Source: Thermoplasmata archaeon
GTDB taxonomy: Archaea; Thermoplasmatota; Thermoplasmata; UBA10834
DNA: 64,000 nucleotides
Assembly (NCBI GenBank): GCA_029864565.1
Contig: JAOTTD010000006.1
Coordinates: 2,415-66,414 of the forward strand
Reading direction: 5' to 3'
The translations under genes were made by a program, and so were the position numbers. The notes under the pieces were generated by a model. The model searched no databases and was not told where the DNA came from. It saw nothing but the letters and a program-made list of their open reading frames with translations. The first letter of the stretch is position 1; each line of letters begins with the position of its first letter. Of this stretch, positions 59,841 through 64,000 are shown piece by piece.

Positions 59841-60233
59841 ATGATCGTGAGTCTGTCAATCCCCGAGGAGCTGCTGGTCCGGTTCGACGAGGTGCTGACC
59901 TCCAAAGGCTTCAATTCGCGATCCGACGCGATGAGGGAGGCGATGCGCTCCTTTGTCGACGAGGCTGAGTGGGAGAGCATGGACGGTGACAATCAGCTCG
60001 TCATAACCGCTATATACAGCGAGCATGGGCCCAGGGGGGAGCTGTCAGTTCTTCAGCACAGGTACGAGGAGATACAGATGATGCTACATCTTCACCTCGA
60101 ACGTGGGCAGTGCATGGAGCTGATAATCGCCAGGGGTCCCAATACTGTTCTCAGGGAGATACTCGGCAAGGTGAGAAAGGTCAGGGGCATCCGCTCCATC
60201 CGCTTCATATCGACCTCTCGCCCGATAGGGTAG
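59841..60233 (+). CDS. nikR: NikR-family ribbon-helix-helix metal-responsive regulator
   Basis: VSLSIP..SRSDAMR RHH; QH..HLH..C metal ligands. Confidence 0.8.
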   Translation: MIVSLSIPEELLVRFDEVLTSKGFNSRSDAMREAMRSFVDEAEWESMDGDNQLVITAIYSEHGPRGELSVLQHRYEEIQMMLHLHLERGQCMELIIARGPNTVLREILGKVRKVRGIRSIRFISTSRPIG

Positions 60234-60253
60234 GCGAGTATACGCGCTGCACA

Positions 60254-61459
60254 TCACTTCGTTGGGAACCAACCGCACGTGACGCGGTTGTACTCGTACA
60301 GGAAATCTCCCCAAGCCGTCTCGGTCGCGAATGGGACGTTGTTCATGTAGTCCATCCAGTACAACCTCCATTCCCAATTGTGATAGCCCCAATACATTGA
60401 GACCCCCGCGCAGGCGGCCTTCGTATCCGGGTTGTACATGGCGACGACAGAGTTCGAGACGGCCTCCATCATGTCCTCGGTGGCTGCAACGAACTCCTGG
60501 TCATCGGCGATGGTCGGGCTCGACATCAGTTGTCTGCCAAGGTCGACCATGTCGAATTGATAGTGCGCTATGCACGATACCCACTCACAGTCTCTCAGGG
60601 CCTTTCGGTACTCGTAGCGGTAGGATGGCAACCTGTCAAGCATCAGCTCCGTCCAGTGGGCGATCTCATCGACGTTGTTATGAATCGCGCCGGCATCGAC
60701 CGCACTGAGGGTCGCATACCATCCCCAGGTGATCTCGGAGTAGTATGCCTCCCATCCGTCAATCATGTCGGAGGCGACCTGGAGGGGCGTTCTACTTGCA
60801 TCCTCGGCGAGTGGAGCAAACATCAGGTCGTACGGGAACCCATCGCCAGCTACCAGCTCTTCCGACCCCACTACAAGGTCTACAAGTCCCGTCGTCGCCA
60901 CAGAGTAGATCGTCTCGACGCTCGCCATGGCGCAGGCGTCGAACCCTATTATGTCGATGTGAACATTGGCCGCAACGATGGCCGCATACAGCTCATCGAG
61001 ATACATCCAGTCATCCGACGTGTCGTCGCCACAGAAACCATTCCACGCACTTCCGTGGTCCCACGCGATCATCGCGAGGTGCTCCGACGGATATCTCGTT
61101 GAGACATCGCTGAGCGCCCATTGCAGAGTCTCATCATCGGCAAAGTTCTTCTCCTCCAGAGTCTCGACCGCCTCCCATTCCCCGCCGTCAATCTCGACAA
61201 TCTGCGTACCCAGAGTGCTGAAGAGGTCTACGTAGGCGACGAAGTTGACCGCGTCAGTGCTAGGCAAGTCCAGAAGCATCGCAAGGCTCGCGCCTTCCCA
61301 ATAACTCTCAAGATTGTTATCCGCGGCCGCATATATCATGACGGTCCATGTGCCCGTGTCGTTGGCTGGCGGACCATTCATTCCCTGAACCATGCTCGTA
61401 GAGATCAATGTACAGACCGCAATCACGGCTGCGAGACTGAGGCTCCTCTTCATTTGCAT
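60254..61459 (-). CDS. Secreted clostripain-family (C11) cysteine peptidase
   Basis: Signal peptide; WTVMIYAAADNNL, WDHG, GFDAC, GSEE. Confidence 0.92.
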   Translation of the reverse strand: MQMKRSLSLAAVIAVCTLISTSMVQGMNGPPANDTGTWTVMIYAAADNNLESYWEGASLAMLLDLPSTDAVNFVAYVDLFSTLGTQIVEIDGGEWEAVETLEEKNFADDETLQWALSDVSTRYPSEHLAMIAWDHGSAWNGFCGDDTSDDWMYLDELYAAIVAANVHIDIIGFDACAMASVETIYSVATTGLVDLVVGSEELVAGDGFPYDLMFAPLAEDASRTPLQVASDMIDGWEAYYSEITWGWYATLSAVDAGAIHNNVDEIAHWTELMLDRLPSYRYEYRKALRDCEWVSCIAHYQFDMVDLGRQLMSSPTIADDQEFVAATEDMMEAVSNSVVAMYNPDTKAACAGVSMYWGYHNWEWRLYWMDYMNNVPFATETAWGDFLYEYNRVTCGWFPTK

Positions 61460-61609
61460 TTGCCTCCCCCCTGAGTGATGTATCAGTTCTAGATACTGAC
61501 CTCTTCTATGATGACAAAGGTCGTAGAAAATACTTGCCCATGCATCGAGAGATGGAAAATAGGAAAGGATGGGGCAGGTCTGCCCCGTTTGCCTCGTGCC
61601 CGCTTGGTA

Positions 61610-62773
61610 TCACGAGTTGTAGTCTGCCAGGAAATCCGCCCAGCCCATGTCTATCGCGAATGCGACCTCGGTGGAATAGGCCTCTTCGCTGTATGGCCAG
61701 TCACCACCAGTTCCCCAGTAGATAGAGATCCCACCGCACGCTGCAGCGTAGGGGCCGTTCCAGTACGTGATGACCGAGGAATCGACCAGAGCAATCACAT
61801 CCTCCGCTGCTGCTCTCAGTGTGGCATCTTTGATCTTCGAGTTCGCCAGGAGCTTCTCGCACAGGTCTTCCATATCGAGGTGCTTGCTCGTAGCGTACAT
61901 GACATAGGTGTCCCGGATTACTTTCTTGTATTCCCTTTCGTAGGCTGCAAGGTTGGCATGCATTGCCGAGCACCAGTCCTCGAGCGCTGATACCTGCTGG
62001 CTTACACTCGAGATGTCCGTTGCCGAGAGGCATACGGATTGAGCCCAGTTTAGGGGCCCGTAGTACTCACCCCAGCCGACCACCATGTCCGTTGCCACCT
62101 GCACGGGCGTCCGGGCCGGATCATTGGCGACAGGCGTGAGCATCAAATCGTACGGAAACCCGTTCATCGGTATCGTCTCTTCAGAGCCAACGAGGATTCC
62201 TACGAGCCCTGTCAGCGATATCTGGTAGGCAACCTCTATCGCCGCCATATTGCAGGCGTCAAAGGCAAGTATGTCTATGTACACACCAGCGTTCTCGATC
62301 GCAGCCTGCAGTTCAGGCATGATTATCTTGTCACCAGAGGTCTGGTCGTTGCTGAAGTATCTCCAGGCGTAGCCGTGATCCCATCCGATGACAGCGAGAT
62401 TGTCAGATGGGTACAGCGTGGACGTCTCAGTGATGAACCATTCGAACGTGGCTCCATCGCCAAAGTTCTTCTCCTCGTATGTCGCAGCTATGGTCGTCAC
62501 TCCGCCGGAAATCTCGTAGAGCGTCGTCCCGTTCTGCGCCACCCAGTCCATCATGGCGACGATGGTCACATCCGAGCTCGCGGGTATGTTTTCAAGCGCT
62601 GGAAGGCTATAGTCGAACCAATATCGCTCGAGGTCGTTGTCTCCATTGACATAAATGGCGACGGTCCACGATGTTCCCTCTCCCCTTGCATGCTGAACGA
62701 CTGTTACGCTCGGCACAAGCAAGAGGGCAGCCACAAAGACACCTAGGCACAACTTGGTGTAAAGTCCCCTCAA
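61610..62773 (-). CDS. Secreted clostripain-family (C11) cysteine peptidase, paralog
   Basis: Signal peptide; WTVAIYVNGDNDL, WDHG, AFDAC, GSEE. Confidence 0.92.
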   Translation of the reverse strand: MRGLYTKLCLGVFVAALLLVPSVTVVQHARGEGTSWTVAIYVNGDNDLERYWFDYSLPALENIPASSDVTIVAMMDWVAQNGTTLYEISGGVTTIAATYEEKNFGDGATFEWFITETSTLYPSDNLAVIGWDHGYAWRYFSNDQTSGDKIIMPELQAAIENAGVYIDILAFDACNMAAIEVAYQISLTGLVGILVGSEETIPMNGFPYDLMLTPVANDPARTPVQVATDMVVGWGEYYGPLNWAQSVCLSATDISSVSQQVSALEDWCSAMHANLAAYEREYKKVIRDTYVMYATSKHLDMEDLCEKLLANSKIKDATLRAAAEDVIALVDSSVITYWNGPYAAACGGISIYWGTGGDWPYSEEAYSTEVAFAIDMGWADFLADYNS

Positions 62774-63105
62774 TTTCTTCTACCCCCTTGGGAGCCAACC
62801 GTGTTTACAGTTGTCAGAGGCTCCCACGCCAGGGTCATGGGCCACATCGTATTAGAATCTACTTTTGGCTATTCGCCAGCCGTAAGATTCAACCAGACTG
62901 CAGGTATAAATACACGAACTTCGAAGAATCATGACGTAGTTGGCAGACGGTTAATTCCATTTTCGATGTTGCATAAAAATCGCCAGGAGGTATGAGGGCC
63001 AATGACCATTTGTGGTCGTCGACTGCGAACTGGCTGAGAAGTACCGAATTGGGCAGGCACAAGTGTTATAGCCGTATATCAGCTTGTGAAGAACAGGTGG
63101 ACGAA

Positions 63106-63396
63106 ATGATGGACATTTCAAAAATGAACGGAGTGAAAGTGATTGCAGCCGATTCGTTCACGTTGGGCGAGGTTGACGGCGCTAACGTGGACACCAAACA
63201 GTGGCGGATAACACATCTGAAGATTGGGCTGAACGATGATGCATCGCGTGAACTCGGATTCAGCAAGCCTCTCTTCGGGTCCGTGAAGATATGTCTCCCG
63301 GTCGAGAGCGTTTCGGGCTACGGTGATGTCGTCACTCTGAAGAAGTCGCTTATGGAGTTGAAGGGATCGGACGAGTGCAAGACCAAGCGCAAGTAA
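63106..63396 (+). CDS. PRC-barrel protein
   Basis: GVKVIAADSFTLGEVDGANVDTKQWRITHL..LPVESVSGYGDVVTLK. Confidence 0.85.
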   Translation: MMDISKMNGVKVIAADSFTLGEVDGANVDTKQWRITHLKIGLNDDASRELGFSKPLFGSVKICLPVESVSGYGDVVTLKKSLMELKGSDECKTKRK

Positions 63397-63444
63397 TCCT
63401 TCTTGCCGGTTGTTTCGCACGCGATTGGCTCAAGATTCCCACGA

Positions 63445-64000
63445 TTACAGAGAGTACGACTTGAATTCTCCCTCGCAAGGATTGCCCACACAGAGCAACA
63501 TCTTCTTCCTGGTGAGGTCAATCACGGTCGCGTAGGTCGTCTTGCACCGATCGTGTTCGGCCTCCTCTTTCAGAGGGTGTCTGCAGATAGAGGCTGGGTA
63601 GTTGAAGTGGTCTCGAAGGAGCTCCATCAGGGTATCTGCCGTTATGGATCCGAGGCTTGCCCTCACAAGCCTCCGCGCTCTGTGGTACCTTGTGATCGTG
63701 CTCGAGTTGGCTAGGGTCTTGGCGCCAACCACTCCGAACGCGGTCTCATACTGAGCCATGGCGGGGTGAATGTAATGGTTGGTGTGGACGAGATAGCCGT
63801 TCTCGGGATACATCAACGCGAAATCCGTCGCGGAGCCCTCGACGCAATACATCTCGCCGCTCGAGTGGCAGATGTTGTTATTGTAGCTCGACGCTCTGTG
63901 CGCAGGCGTTGCCGCTCCCAACGCGTCTCCCAACGTCTCAGATGCGAGTATCTTGGGCGCGACCATCAGCTTTGGCACGCCGAACCTCACATCGCTCTGA
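63445..64000 (-). CDS. C45 family peptidase/acyltransferase (Ntn hydrolase), 5' end outside the window
   Basis: SYNN, VHTNH, SSTITRY, DH..PASICRH, GNPC. Confidence 0.85.
   Translation of the reverse strand, partial: QSDVRFGVPKLMVAPKILASETLGDALGAATPAHRASSYNNNICHSSGEMYCVEGSATDFALMYPENGYLVHTNHYIHPAMAQYETAFGVVGAKTLANSSTITRYHRARRLVRASLGSITADTLMELLRDHFNYPASICRHPLKEEAEHDRCKTTYATVIDLTRKKMLLCVGNPCEGEFKSYSL

Overview
Gene-dense 64 kb chromosomal segment of a fairly GC-rich archaeon. The gene content points to an uncultured anaerobic Thermoplasmata lineage (inference from Trm56 next to an HD protein, Sec61beta, Cdc48/VAT, PRC-barrel proteins, HdrA, four-subunit-type POR and a BHB-intron tRNA). No CRISPR array, rRNA, integrase or transposase is visible. 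Core content: tRNA-Phe, intron-containing tRNA(CAU) (probably Ile2), tRNA-Asn, purM, rlmE, lhr, eno, trxA/trxB, elp3, cdc48, a por operon, class II lysS, a complete his operon, ABC transporters and secreted peptidases (two clostripains). The most interesting signals are: (1) a synthase-leuC-like-leuD-like-icd operon that looks like a Re-citrate synthase route to 2-oxoglutarate using a two-subunit IPMI-type aconitase, preceded by a long structured leader; (2) a His-codon leader peptide with hairpins upstream of the his operon, a candidate archaeal attenuator; (3) a circularly permuted NitT/TauT substrate-binding protein; (4) a Zn-ribbon-TPR plus dead-Mrr-TPR-polyPro-SAP gene pair converging on cdc48 and a PRC-barrel gene; (5) several apparent pseudo-enzymes (cysteine-free MvhD fused to HdrA, a KaiC-like domain with degenerate Walker motifs on a long coiled coil, a single-Cys AhpD). 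All family assignments are by-eye motif recognition; no searches were run.
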